Origin: Octopus sinensis
Lineage: Eukaryota
Reading direction: 5' to 3'
DNA: 64,000 nt
Assembly (NCBI RefSeq): GCF_006345805.1
Contig: NC_042999.1
Span: 57,970,001-58,034,000 of the forward strand
The position numbers and the translations under genes are program-made. This document shows positions 25,505 through 38,452 of the stretch, piece after piece. How positions within the stretch are numbered: position 1 is the first letter of the stretch; each line of letters opens with the position of its first letter. Below the pieces are notes generated by a model that did not search any database, was not told where the DNA came from, and was given only the letters and a program-made list of their open reading frames with translations.

Positions 25505-27405
25505 TTAAAAATGTAAACAAGGCAAAGTGTTGTAAAGCAAAAGATCTTGCTGTAGGTTATCATTAAAACATATAAAGACAGTAATCCTATTAACCCTGAT
25601 TGAAACAGGTCATTTGATCAACGCTATTCTAGTCATGACCATTCTGTCTATTTTCATAGAGTATCCAAAAGCCCACCATCCACTGTATCTTTTTGTTTTT
25701 ATATTTTTTCAACATACCTTTGATTTAAAGATGATTTGGTTGCTAATCTTAGCAGGTCAGATAACCACGTCAGTTAACACGTTGATATACTTTGTTCCTA
25801 TACGTCTGTTTTAATTTATTTTGCTTCATTGTTTTGTTTTGTTTTTAATTAAAAGTGTACTAATATATTTTAGCTGTGTGGTTAAGAAGCTTGCTTCCAA
25901 ATCTCATTTCAGCCTTAGTTCCACTACAGGGAGCCCTGGGCAAGTGTCAACCCAGGGCTGACCAAATCTTTCTGAGTGGATTTGACTGATAGAAACTGAA
26001 AGAAGCCTATTGTATATATGTGTGTGTGTAAAACATTTAGTTTCCTAAATCCCTCCAAATTTTTGATTTTTAAAATAACTGAAACTCATAAGCCAATTTC
26101 ATTAAAAATATGGTTACAAACGGTTTCTAGGACAAGTGGTTAATTATATTCCCACCTGTAAGGAAACTGAAACTAAGTGACATTCACACTTCATGATTGG
26201 ATGGTTAATAGTAGGAAGGGGTCCTGAACTTTATTAAATTTCTTGTTTTACAAGTTAATACTAATAGTCCTCAAGATCTTTCTCTTTACACACACACACT
26301 TTATATTTTTCACACAGTAACTAGTTATGATAATCAAATGTATGAATCTTAAGCACTGCCTGATTACAAATAGAAAAAAAAAAAACATAGTCTGTATGGT
26401 AAGAAGTTGTGGGCACAGGTGTGATTGTGGTAAGAAGCTTGCTTCCCAGTCACATGGTTCTGGATTCAGTCTCACTCCATGGCACCTTGGGCAAGTGTCT
26501 TCTATAACCTTGGGCTGACCAAAGCCTTTTGAGTGGACTTGGTAGATGGAAACTGAAAGAAGCTTGTCGTGTCTGTATGTATATATCAGTGTGTGTGTCT
26601 TTGCATCTGTGTTTAACTCCCCCCCCCCATCACTGCTTGACAACCGGTATTGATGTGTTTGCGTTCCAGTAACTTAGCAGTTTGGCAAAAGAGACTGATA
26701 GAATAAGTACTAGGCTTGAAAGAAAATAAGTCCTGGGATTGATTTATTTGACTTGAAATAAAAACCATTTAAGGCAGTGCCCCAGCATGGCTGCAGTCTA
26801 ATGACTGAAACGAGTAAAAGATAAAAGACTGAAAAATGTATTCAATCCTTTTGCTATATTTCTATTGAAATGCACCACCTGTCTTTCAGTTGATTTTGAA
26901 AATAATGAATTTAGTAAAATAACTGTCATTAAATTAGTGCTTGGAGTATAAATTAACATGAGGTTTTGCTGGAAGGTTTCCATTTCCATTAAAGTAGGGA
27001 GTTTGTATCATAGAACTAAAAGCAGTTGCAGTTTTGATAATATCAAAAGGATTAAAGCAGTGAAGGTGTTTTATTTGAGTTTCACTAGTTGCTAAAAGCT
27101 TAACATATCAAGTGGTTAGCATTGTTTATTGAATTGAAAACCTTTAGATCCTCAAATAGATTTTCCTGACTGGAAAAAGCATAAAAAATTAATGAGGATA
27201 ATTATTCCAAAGTGTTAATATAATTTTTTTATTAACTATTTACAAGAGGATTTGTATTTCTTCATGTCATTTATATATGTTGTAGTATACTATCAATATA
27301 AAGAGTTGTTGATTAAAATTAATCCACTTACTTTCCATAAATTTATTATGTATTTGGAATTTGTTAACAAAAAAGTAATTTTATTTTTCTGTTTTTTATT
27401 TCTAG

Positions 27406-28358
27406 TTATCAAATACCAGTCTAAATAAAATATTGGCCAATATGGAAACTAGTGTTGATAATATATCCAGTTGCAATGCTTCAGCAAACCAATTAAATGA
27501 TCAAATGGCTGAGGCTGATTATTTAGATACTTTAATTGCAGCTGTTACCAGCCACAAAGAAGATACTCAAGAAAATGATAATTTAACTGACATTCAGAAT
27601 GAAGTGAATTTTGATAGTGAAAAAACTGAAGATAAAAATATTGAAGAAAATCTGATTGGTAACGATAAGATGGATCCATCTTCACCCCAAGCTCATTCAG
27701 AACAGTCTGAAGAAAGAAATGATGACGACGAAGAGGAGGAAGTAAAGAAAGAAGAACCGAATACTGATGGCAATAAAAAGAAAAAGAAACATAAAAGAAA
27801 AAGAGCGAAGAAAGTTGAAAATGATGATGATGAATCTGACAGTGATATAGTGGAATCGAAACAATCAAAAATTGAAATGGAAGATATTAAAGACATAAAG
27901 GAGGAATCTGATGTGTCCTTTACTCCAAAAGATGAAAATGAAATCAAAAACGAATCTCCATCTTCAAGTGAAGATAATGCTGGTAGTGAAAGCTCAAATT
28001 CTTCGGATTCTGATAGCAGTAGTTCAAATTCATCTTCAAATGAAGACGGTGACTCCTCATCATCTTCTGGAGATGATGACGATGAGGATGGAGAAAATGA
28101 TGACGATGATGATGCTGATGCTGATGAGGATGATGAGGATGATGATGATGATGGGAAAGATAATGAGGAAGAGGAAACACAAAAAGATACGGAAAAGGTA
28201 AAAAGCAAAGAGAAGAGCTCTCGTAGTAAAGGACGCAAGAAGAAGAAAAGTGATAGCAATGACGAAGAGAAGCCAAAAGCTTCATCTCGAAAGCGTAAAC
28301 TAACACTCAAACGTCAACGGAAGAAAGAGAAAGAAAAAACCAAAAGACGAAATATTAG
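27406..28358 (+). CDS. RAD54L2: RAD54L2/ARIP4 helicase, first visible coding exon (acidic/Lys-rich N-terminus; first ATG 27442)
   Basis: Acceptor TTTCTAG ends at 27405 and donor AG|GTAAG starts at 28359 (phase 2). The ORF ends ...KRRNIR and joins the next exon as RNIR-SILRDDQLEAETLAAQNEEMER, the ARIP4 N-terminal conserved block. Confidence 0.88.
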
Positions 28359-29729
28359 GTAAGCATTATTTTGTTCAAAAATTTCATCGTGAGTTTTATG
28401 TGTGTGTGTGTGTGTGTTTTTGTTTATATAAAGTTCACAAAATGAAATTATTTTGCCTTGAGGAAGAAGTGAAGTCTAGCATTTCCAACAGAATACTTCA
28501 TTGGACATACTAATTGTCAGTGAAATCCAACACTAGTTTTCTCACATTCTTCTGTATCAATTACCATATATGTATAGGAATATGGACTTAAAAAAAAAGA
28601 TTTCTCAAAACCAACAACCATCCTTACTATACCGAGTATAAAATCTGAATTTTAACCTGTGATTCCAAGAAGCAACCTTTTCTTAATATATTGCAATGTA
28701 ATAATATACATACTGGCTGTAAGAAGCTTGCTTCCCAACCACATGGTTCTGGGTTCAGTCCCACTGTGTGGCACTTTGGGCAAGTGTCTTCTACTATAGC
28801 CTCAGGCCGATCAAAGCCTTATGAGTGGATTTGGTTGACAGAAACTGAAAGAAGTCCAGCATATATATATATATGTATTTGTGTGTCGGTGTTTGTCATC
28901 CCACCATCACTTGACAACTAATGTTAGTGTGTTTATATAACTGAAGCTTAGTGGTTTGGCAAAAGAGACCAATAGAATAAGTATTAGGCTTATAAAGAAT
29001 AAGTCCTGGGGTTAATTTGTTTGACTAAAAGATGGTGCTCCAGCATGACCAATCAAAATGACTGAAACAAGTAAAAGAATAAAAGAATACTGTTAATAAA
29101 TAACTCCATTTGAAGTAAATGATAAAATTATTCTTGATACCATGTTAGTTCCTATAAAATAAACTGATATCTACACTACACCAGTGCATTTGATTTACAT
29201 TATGGTAAGTAATTGAATGTTTTGCCATTATTCACTGCCCAGTCATTGAGATAGCTGTTAAAAGACTATTAGGGCAAACTCTCAGCAGTAAATGCTGGAT
29301 TCCAATGCCCCTGTGGCTGTTGGAATGCTGTCCTTATCACTGAGTAGAAAACTTTATAACTTTGATAACCTGTTGGTTTTAGTTCCATCATATGTTAAAA
29401 CATGCTAAGAAACACATGTGCCTGTCATGTGTTGAACCATAACTAAGACTTGTAGCCTACTGCTGTGATATGTTTGTTTCAAATTTTGACACAAGGCCAG
29501 CAATATTAGGGGTAAGTCAATTATTTTGACTCCAGTGCTTGACTGGTACTTATTTTATCGACCCTGAAAGGATGAAAAGTGAAGTCAACTTTGGCAGGAT
29601 TTAAACTTAGAATGTAAAGATGGATGAAATGCTGGTAAGCATTTTGCCTAGTGTGCTAATGATTTTACCAGCTTGCCACCACCTTACTGCTGTGACATAT
29701 TGTCATGTAGTCTTATACACCAACATACG

Positions 29730-31309
29730 CACTGGCCAAAATAAGTTAAAGACCGATGTCGACATTTCGGTTCCTTCATTAATATATTTTTAACAAATCT
29801 GTATAAAATTATTTTACTTTTTAGTGTATGTAGAATTTGCTTCTCTTTCAAAAGACATAGGAGTTATATATCTTTCTACAATTCAAATGATTAGAAGTTT
29901 AGACCGTACCAAGATTATACAAATTGATAAACCAAATGGGTGGTCATATGGCTGGTCAAACTACACTGTTTTGTTTAATAATTGAGTATTGTCACACATT
30001 AATTAACTCTGGGAAAGCGTCGTGGTATCAGTCCAGTTACTAGGTCAAAGATTATGTTGCTTCATCAGTAAAATATGTCCTTCATGAACATTAGCAAGCA
30101 ATTAAGATGCAGCAAAACAGCTTGTGTTCAAGCATGGAAGCTTTACCAAGCCACTGCTCAATACAAAGATCAGCAAAGAACGGGCACTCTGAGAAAAATA
30201 AAAAGCAATACAGATGGATCGGCGAATTCATAGGCTCTCTGAAGGTAACCGAATGCTAACTGCAGTGGACATTTGGAAGCAATTTTCTGATGAAACGGAC
30301 ATCAGCTTTACACCACAAACTGTCAGAAACTGCCTAAAAGAATTTGGACTGTTCAGCCGGATCGCTCAAAAGAAGCCGATAATTTCTGAGACGAACCGGC
30401 GGAAGCGGATCAAGTTTGCTAAAAGCCATATTGAATGGATGGCCAAAGACTGCTCAAAAGTTCTTTGGAGAGACGAATCCCACTTCTGCATCTTTGGATC
30501 AGACGGAAAGACTTAGGTTAGACGCTGTCCAATTGAAAATTTTCGTCCTAAGTGTGTCAAGAAAACAGTACAAATGGGAGGTGGTGGGTAATAGTGTGGG
30601 TTGCGTTCAGCAGCTTAGGTGTTGGTCCAATTGTTAAGGTTGATGGCAGATTGAGGAGTGTAGGCTACCTGCAATTAGTAAATGAAAATGTGCTGCCGTA
30701 TTTAAATAATCAGATGCCACCGGGATCTATTTTCCAGCAAGACAATTGCTCCGTTCATAAGGCTAGGAAAGTTTTGCAATATTTTGAGCACAATAATATG
30801 GTGGTTATTGAGTGGCCTCCGCAGAATCCGGATTTGAATCCGACAGAAAATTTATGGAATTATCTTCCTAAAAGAGTTCATGTTATATATAATTGTCCCA
30901 ATTATATAATTTTATTGAAGAAATATGGCAGAACATTCCAAGTGATTTTTGTGCTAATTTGTCGAACTCCATATCACGCCGTTGTAAGGCCGTAATTGAA
31001 AATAATGGCTATGGAACTAGATACTAATAATAAATTTTTGTTCGTTGATCATTTGTGACGTAAATTTTCAATTTAAACAAAATAATGTTGGTATGGTCTT
31101 AAACTTATTTTGCCGACAATTTTTAGTCATTTGAATTAATTGTGCATTAAAACTGTTCAAATTGTAGATTGATATATAACGCCTGTATCATTCGAAAAAG
31201 AAAAAAATTCTACTGTAAAAAGTACAATAATTTTATACAGTTTTGTTAAAAATAAATTAATGAAGGAATAGAACTCTCACCATCGGTCTTAAATTTATTT
31301 TGGCCAGTG
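29730..31309 (+). mobile_element. Near full-length Tc1 (DD34E) transposon with disrupted transposase
   Basis: TIRs CACTGGCCAAAATAA(G/A)TT..AGACCGATG; ORF pieces 30214-30516 and 30552-30995 with WRDES, QQDN and PDLNPTEN (34 residues between D and E); internal stop at 30514 plus frameshifts. Confidence 0.93.
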
Positions 31310-31586
31310 TGTGTGTTTGTATTTGTTCACATACATATATAAAACTGTTATATTGAAGGTACAAGCATATTAAATTTAGTTTTTTTCATATAGTTCCCTA
31401 TTAGTCTTTTATGTTTAATTTGAATGATGGTAATGATGTTGTGTTTAATAGTAGATAGCAAGGAATAATGGGAATAATGTTGTGATAAAACCATTCTTGT
31501 GTGTGTCTATTTATTTGCCATCTTATTCATTAGCTGGAAAACATAAATTGTTAATGTTTTGGATGGAATTGTCTTAATTTCTTCAG

Positions 31587-31789
31587 ATCAATTTTACGTG
31601 ATGACCAACTTGAAGCAGAAACCCTTGCTGCTCAAAATGAAGAAATGGAACGGCAACGGCGCTTGCAAGAATTGAAGAAACAAATGCAGCAAAAAGTAAT
31701 AAAGCCAGAAGAGAAAGATTCTCAACTGAAATCTCTACTACAAGGCGATTGCTCATCTGCTGCTTTCTATTTGGGAACTGATCAACTTG
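31587..31789 (+). CDS. RAD54L2: RAD54L2 exon (SILRDDQLEAETLAAQNEEMERQRRLQE...)
   Basis: CTTCAG acceptor, G|GTGAGT donor; phase 2 in, phase 1 out; ARIP4-like DQLE..T.AAQ.EE.ER motif. Confidence 0.9.
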
Positions 31790-32259
31790 GTGAGTTTTCT
31801 TTCTTTCTTTTTTTTTTTTTTATAAATCTTTATTTAAAATGATGTGTATTATTTTTAATTAGTGTGAGAATCAATAAAAGAGATTCCAGCCGTCTCAACT
31901 GAAAAAAACTGTTTTTGTTATTAAAATTTTATTTCTATTGGTTTATAGAAGGTTAGTGATAATGGCTTTTTTCAGTGCTGCCTCTGAAACTCACAATGTA
32001 GTGACTTTCATGAAATGCATCCAACAGCCTGGTAGTAATGTTAAAGTGTGTGACTGATTAAGTCTACCACTTAAGAACAAACACATTTCTGGCTGGCTTC
32101 CATCTACCAAATTCACACACAAGTCTTTTGTCAACCTGGCACTATGGTAGAAGACACATGCCTAAAGTTCTGCACCATGGCATTGAATCTAAAACCATGT
32201 AGTTCTGAAATGAACTTTTTAACCATGCAGCCAGTTCTGCACTTCTAAGAATAATTTAA

Positions 32260-32480
32260 CCCTTTAGCATTTAAACCAGCCATATCTGGCCTAAATATCC
32301 TATCTGTTTTACTTTCAAACTGGTCAGATTTGATTTCTCACACCTACCCTACAATGTCCTTCAAAAATAGTAATAGCTATCTCATCAAAATCTCATGGCT
32401 ACAAGCTAATGCATGACCAATTCAAGACAATGGGAATAGATAAGCATTACTTTTGACAGAATAAAGTGAATGCTAAAGGG
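32260..32480 (+). mobile_element. piggyBac MITE family A (~220 bp); other copies 10844-11055(-), ~34310-34504, ~50440-50640, ~57290-57430(-), 61136-61613 (interrupted) and ~55990-56030
   Basis: TTAA-CCCTTTAGCATT ... AATGCTAAAGGG-TTAA. Confidence 0.88.
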
Positions 32481-32499
32481 TTAACGCTCATAAATGTTT

Positions 32500-34150
32500 T
32501 CACTTCTTAGTCATTCCATTCTTCCAACATCTCATTTCATATAAAGCTTCTGTCATTGTTTTAATTGTCATTTACTTTCCCGTGATTTCATGAGTTTCAT
32601 AGGCCTGCAGTAGCAGAACATTAAGTGCCCAATATTCTCAGTTCAACCATGCCTCATCTTATATTTTCTTCTGTCCTCCTATGCCATGGCTACCTCTCAC
32701 CATTAATACATGAACTTTTCAACTGTGACATAACTTAGCATTACAAGTCTTTGCCAGTGCAGTTGGCTAATATCTTATGTCCAACCACCTTCCTTTTCAC
32801 TTTTGCTCTGCCTATAATACAAGTTAATATTGCACATATGATGGGTGTAGTCATATTTGATATATTCCTCCTCATCTTAACAATTCTATATTTAACACTA
32901 ATATTTCACACAATTAACATCTCCCTAAATATTACATCTAGCACATCTAAGTTCCTGTCAATCAATTTTATTTACCCATTGATTACATAGTATTGAGTTC
33001 CTACCAACTTCTGAAATTTCAAGGTTATTTTCTGGTTACAACTATGATTTCATATTTTGTTATTTTACTTTGGCCTTTGCCATATTGACAGTAAAATTTT
33101 TTTAGTCTTGACTTGCAGTTCTTTAAGTGATTATATAATGAGAACCAAATTATCGTTACATAAAAATTCCTAAGCACATCCAGGAAAAGGACAGATCTGG
33201 TTAACACTCAGAAGTTCCCACTAAATTCCTCACTGAATTCACTACCAACCTTCATCTTGATTATGCTTTCTTCATACATTTCCAGAATCACTTTCATGAT
33301 CAATTCACGAAATACTAATTTTTCTAAGTGTCCACCAGACTCAGAGCATAGGTGATTGAGATAAAGTCTTCTTATGGTTGATTTATAAAATGTTGCCTGT
33401 TCTTAGCTAAGGACTTAACAGTTTTCTCTTTAGAATATGGTATTTGTGGCCAAACCAAAACTGTATGTCAGTAGGCCTATCTTTGTCATGTACAAACATT
33501 GCTAGAATGTAACCCTGTTTAATTACATCTTGCTAATTCATTTTTATTGCCTTAGTAGTTTAGTGGTACTGCTATTCCAATGATTAGGAATAAAACCTTG
33601 CTGTACTTTACTAACTAAACAAATATTAGTTTCATACGGACATAGTATTAAGATGCTGAAAGTATTAGGCTATTCCTGATGGGCCTGCAAATTTTCTAGC
33701 CTTCCTTATTTATCTCAGCAGCCATACTTATTCTAATGCTGCCCCTCTTTTCCTTTAGAGGTAGTTCTTATTATTTCATTCATATTCTTCGTTCAGTAAC
33801 TTCTCTTAATGACAGCTTTTAAACCTTTTTCAATTCATTGTCATGAACAGTAAAAGTATGTGTCATTTCAGTTCTACTTCAATGACTTCCTGATCCATAC
33901 AAGTACTCCGTCTTGAATACTTCATACCACTTGTCTTTACAGTACAGTAAATCTTATACTCTCTGCCTCTCTTCTTGTTATGTGAACCTGTTGCTTAGTT
34001 CCTAATCGAGTCTCTTGATATTGGAAGTTATTCTATAAAGACATATCATTTAACTTTCATACTTTCTCCCTTGTTATTTGTCCCATAATTTCCCCCACCT
34101 TCAACATTTGAAAGCATGTAAAATTGAGTGTGACAGGTAGAGCACATGTG
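32500..34150 (-). mobile_element. Older, heavily decayed RTE LINE RT remnant
   Basis: Minus-strand translation gives WTLRKL..ELIMKVILEMYEESIIKMKVGSEFSEEF (~33240-33340) and AGPSGI (~33680), matching the 51.5-kb RT; many stops. Confidence 0.6.
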
Positions 34151-35319
34151 TTAATTCATTCGATGATCAGCTTTCTGAAATGAGTTTGATGAATTCAAAG
34201 TAACAATCAGAATAAATTGAATAATATATCCCCCTTTCTCATGATGTAATATCTCTGATGGATAAAAACCACCATATTTTAGTAAATGTTATTTTAAAAG
34301 ATTATCACTTAACTAGCCATATCTGGCCTAAAATTTTCAACTTATTTTATGTTCATAGTGGCCAAATCCAACCCTATACTATCATTCTAAACATAGACAA
34401 TCACATCATCAAAATCTCAAAACTACATGATAATGCATGATTAATTCAAAACTGTGTGAATTAATAAGCATAAAAATTGGCAGAGTAATCTGAATGCTAA
34501 AGGGTTAATTGATGAAAGGTTAATAATAAAAATGGTATAAAAAAATCATAAATTTCAATGAAATTTAAAATCACTTCAGCTTGATTATGAAATAAAACAG
34601 ATAAATCTATTTATTGTGGTTTCTCTATCTCTTTCATGGTCAAGTTGAATTGCTATAATTTCCAGTTAAATTTGTCATCATTTTTTAATCACTTTTTTAT
34701 CATTTGAACTTTGTTGATTAATTGATAATATTTAGATAAAAAAAAACCGTTCACTAAAATATGATAAGCTTTATCATGCAATGGAGAATCTATATTAGTC
34801 TATTGCTCGAGGTGCCATACAGTGGGACTTGGGTTCAGTCCCACTGCATGGAGTAGATCTGGTGAATGGAAACTGAAAGAAACCTGTAGTTTATGTATGT
34901 ATGTATGTACTTTTGTCTAGACATCACATGATAGTTATAAACATGCTTCACCATCATACAATCGATGTTGTTTCCAGTTTTTCCATGGAAAAACATGTCT
35001 GGCCATGGGAAGTATTACTCTGCTTGGAAACAAGTGAGGGTTGGCAACAGGAATGGTGTCCAGTTACAGAAAATCTGTCTTGACAAATTCTTTCCAACTC
35101 ATGCAAGCATGGAAAAGTGGTAGATAATGTTAATGATGGTATTCAGATTGTTAATTCAAATTCTGCCAGCAAACACTGATTGTTGAATGAGTTAGTGCAC
35201 TTGCTTTCTACCTGCCACACTGGATTTTGGAATTTACTTGTTTACAATTGTAAAACTTTAATAGAAGTCCTTGTTTTAGTATTCAAATTTTAAAATCTGT
35301 CTACTTATTTTATTTATAG

Positions 35320-35397
35320 GTACTGAAGAAACTAACAAACAATTTAGCAAAGATGATGTTATCCTTCTTGACAGTGGAGATGAGAACAAGAAGAAAG
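35320..35397 (+). CDS. RAD54L2: RAD54L2 78-nt exon (GTEETNKQFSKDDVILLDSGDENKKK)
   Basis: TTTATAG acceptor, AAG|GTAATG donor; open frame, phase 1-1, consistent with both neighbours. Confidence 0.75.
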
Positions 35398-35435
35398 GTA
35401 ATGCAGTTATTAAATTTACAATGATTCACATAGTA

Positions 35436-35660
35436 TTTCATTTCATTTGAGTTTGAGTCCATGCTCAGGCCAAGTCGAAGACTCCACCCTCAGAGTCTGG
35501 TGTGGTTGCCAGGTTGTATTCTCTGTTTAATTTTGACATGTGTAGGAGCGAGTTTGAGTCAGTTTGTGCTCGTTGTGTATATCCTGGGAGATGGGGTTCA
35601 TCTCTAATGGTGCTTAAGTATCTATCCAGCTGCAATTTGAATGATTCCACACTGCAAGTG
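35436..35660 (-). mobile_element. 3' end of a CR1/L2-group LINE
   Basis: SFKLQLDRYLSTIRDEPHLPGY..A..DSNSLL C-terminal motif, stop, then an (AAATG)-type short-repeat tail. Confidence 0.65.
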
Positions 35661-36271
35661 AAATTTGCTTTTATTTTTTTTATACTGTATAATCATAATT
35701 TTGATTTTTTTTTTTTGGAGGTGTGTTTATTAATATTAGTAATTTGAGAAAATGACATATTGTTTATAAAATTATACTGTCACTGAAATGTTATGTTAAA
35801 AGAGAGCTCCAAAAGAGGAGATTGTAAACCCCACAATCAAAAGACTCATTGACTATAAGAGGAATTTAAGAAGAGCTTAAGGGAAGCAGTTCAAAAGATA
35901 TCCAAATAATTGAAACTCTCCACGGCAGTTACCAGATCCTGTGATTTTGGTGGTGGTGGTTCACTTTTTGGCAGTGACTTGTATGGTAGACATTTGGATT
36001 AAATTTTGTCTCACAAGAGAATATGGATAAGTAAAGTACTTGCTGATAAATTGTACAACCAAGACTGATTAAACTTGGTGGTAAGAACTGAAATCCTTTG
36101 GACATCTGAAAGAATGTTAGAAATGCATAGTAAAATATTTTATAATTATTGTTGTTTGTATACAATTACTGAATAATTAACTTGAATTGAATAAAAAAAA
36201 AAACTTCAAAATATTTTAAATAGCAACATGCACCTATGAGTATTAATATTTTATTATATTATTAATTTTAG

Positions 36272-36516
36272 TGTTGACTGACATCATTGAACTTAGTGAT
36301 GATGATGATGTTGTCATGATAAAAAGTGATGAAGAGCCTGAGGAGGCAGAGGAAGAAGAAGAGGAAGAAGATATGGATAATGTTGGTACACATATTAACG
36401 ATGAATTGAATCAACCAGATGAAACCGGCAATGTTTTAATTAATATTGGTCATCCTGAAGGTGACCCTGATGTTTTCCTCCCTCCACATATTGCAGATGT
36501 TATTAAACCACATCAG
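36272..36516 (+). CDS. RAD54L2: RAD54L2 exon (DIIELSDDDD...HINDELNQPDETGNVLINIGHP...IKPHQ)
   Basis: TTTTAG acceptor, CAG|GTGAAA donor; ends in the SNF2 Q-motif KPHQ; phase 1 in, 0 out. Confidence 0.93.
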
Positions 36517-38103
36517 GTGAAAATTAATTTTCAATTCTTTACACGGATATTTTGTTTTATTTTTGGGAGAATTCTCAACAGATATTTCAAAGTAATGATT
36601 TGCTAAATATATTTTTTTAATAGAATTGAAACCGATTCAGTTGTCTTGATGAAGTTACATTTTGATTAGTGTGCTAGACTGGAATTAACTTTTTTTTTTC
36701 ATGCTGTTTGTGTTTGTTTTGGTATGTGGATCATATTTTTCTGTTGAGATAGCTGAAAGAAAGTTCTTTAGAAATATCAAACAATTCTAGTTTGCATTTA
36801 TTGATTAAGAGAAGGCTTTTTGACTGTGGTCTGAGTCTTTATTCTACATCCTGATAGCCATTGAAAGGTTAGGTGTGAAAAACTGATATATGAGTGTTGT
36901 GAATGCCATTAAGAGAGAACCTAAAAAAATTGAATATATAGTGTGTGTATATATATATATATATATATATCAGTAAGGTTTTGCTAGGCCCTCATTCTCT
37001 TAATCTTAGTAGTGAAAGCCAAATGCTTATAAAAGCTTCAGTTTGTAAATGACTTAGTTTTCATTGCAGTCATAATCTTTGTAATATGATTACAATGATA
37101 GGGCTTGATTAAAAGTTCTGAAAGTAAACCTTAAAGATATTAATTGGTAGTAAGAGGCCACTGGAAACTTATTATTTAGGGGAATAGCTATGTTGAGTAT
37201 TTAAGAAAATAAGTAGCAATTCTTTATCATATAGTCAATGATGAAATGAAACCTTTGACTGATAGGCAATCAAAATAGTTTCTAGCCTGTTTAGTGATTA
37301 TGTAGAAGTTCCTTAATTGTAGGTAAAAGAGTTGAGAATTAGTGTTTTATAATAATAGGACAATTGAGTGCAAATTGTCAGAAAACATTTAGTCAACAAA
37401 AATATCTTCTTGATGTGTCTAAGAGGTAACTATCCTGGCAAGGACTTACAATGCAACTAGATGCTTCTTGCTGAATGCAAAAGTTAAGTGTAGAACTCAA
37501 TTTATGTATATTGTTAAGGTAGTAGACAAGTCTTCGAATATTAATTAACTTGTATGATGTAAAGTCTAGATATATGGATAATGCTCTACTGCAGAAACTC
37601 CCAGCCTATGTTGTTATGGAAATGCAGATGTTAAAAGTAGCTGGCTCTTTGTCCAAGTTATTATACATAGGTGTGTGTAGGCCTGTGGTTATGTGATTAA
37701 GGTATTCAGCTCATGATTGTAAGGTTGTGAGTTCAATACCTGGCAGCATGTGTCCTTGAGCCAAACACTTTATTTCATATTGCTCTGGTCCATTCAGCTG
37801 ACAAAAATGAGTTATCATGCTGATTCTCTCCGAGAACCATGTTAAGGGTTTGTGTGTCTAAGTTTGAATGCTTTTGGCATAAACCCTGCTAAAAACTAGT
37901 ATGGACCAAACTAGTTAAACCGGTTAGTTGATTAGGTTCACCATTCAAGAATTACTTTCTTTAGTCTCTGTTCCATTCCCTTTTCTCTTTTGTTTTGTTT
38001 GTTTTTTTTGCTTCTATAAGAATGTTTGAGTAATGTTTTTTAAAGCAGAAAGGAAATAAAATCAAAAGTATATTTGAGTTTTCTAATATTTATTTTATTT
38101 CAG

Positions 38104-38452
38104 ATTGGTGGTATCAGATTTTTGTATGATAATGTGATAGAATCCCAAAGCCGATTTAAATCCAGCAGTGGCTTTGGCTGTATCTTAGCTCATAGCATGG
38201 GCTTAGGAAAGACCATTCAACTCATTGGCTTCATTGATATATTTTTGCGTTTTACTGAGGCTCAATCTGTGCTTTGCATTGTCCCAATTAATACCATACA
38301 GAATTGGTTAGCTGAATTTAATATGTGGTTACCTGAAAAATCACCCGAGGACTCTGAAGATAAAGCTAATCTTGATGTCACAACTAGAAACTTCAAGCTA
38401 TTTGTTATCAATGATAATCATAAAACAACTTTAGCTAGAGCAAAAATACTAG
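38104..38452 (+). CDS. RAD54L2: RAD54L2 exon, helicase motifs I and Ia
   Basis: IGGIRFLYDN...GFGCILAHSMGLGKT (Walker A) ...PINTIQNWLAEF; TTTCAG acceptor, G|GTAAGT donor. Confidence 0.95.

Noticed and set aside
27545-28310. Antisense and alternative-frame ORFs over the first exon
   Set aside because: Shadow frames of GAT/GAA-rich low-complexity coding sequence.
34960-35060. Twister ribozyme upstream of GAGGGTTGGC..AGGAA
   Set aside because: The GAGGG is suggestive, but I found no P4 loop with a complementary CCC/AAGC nor the UAA-P2 junction.
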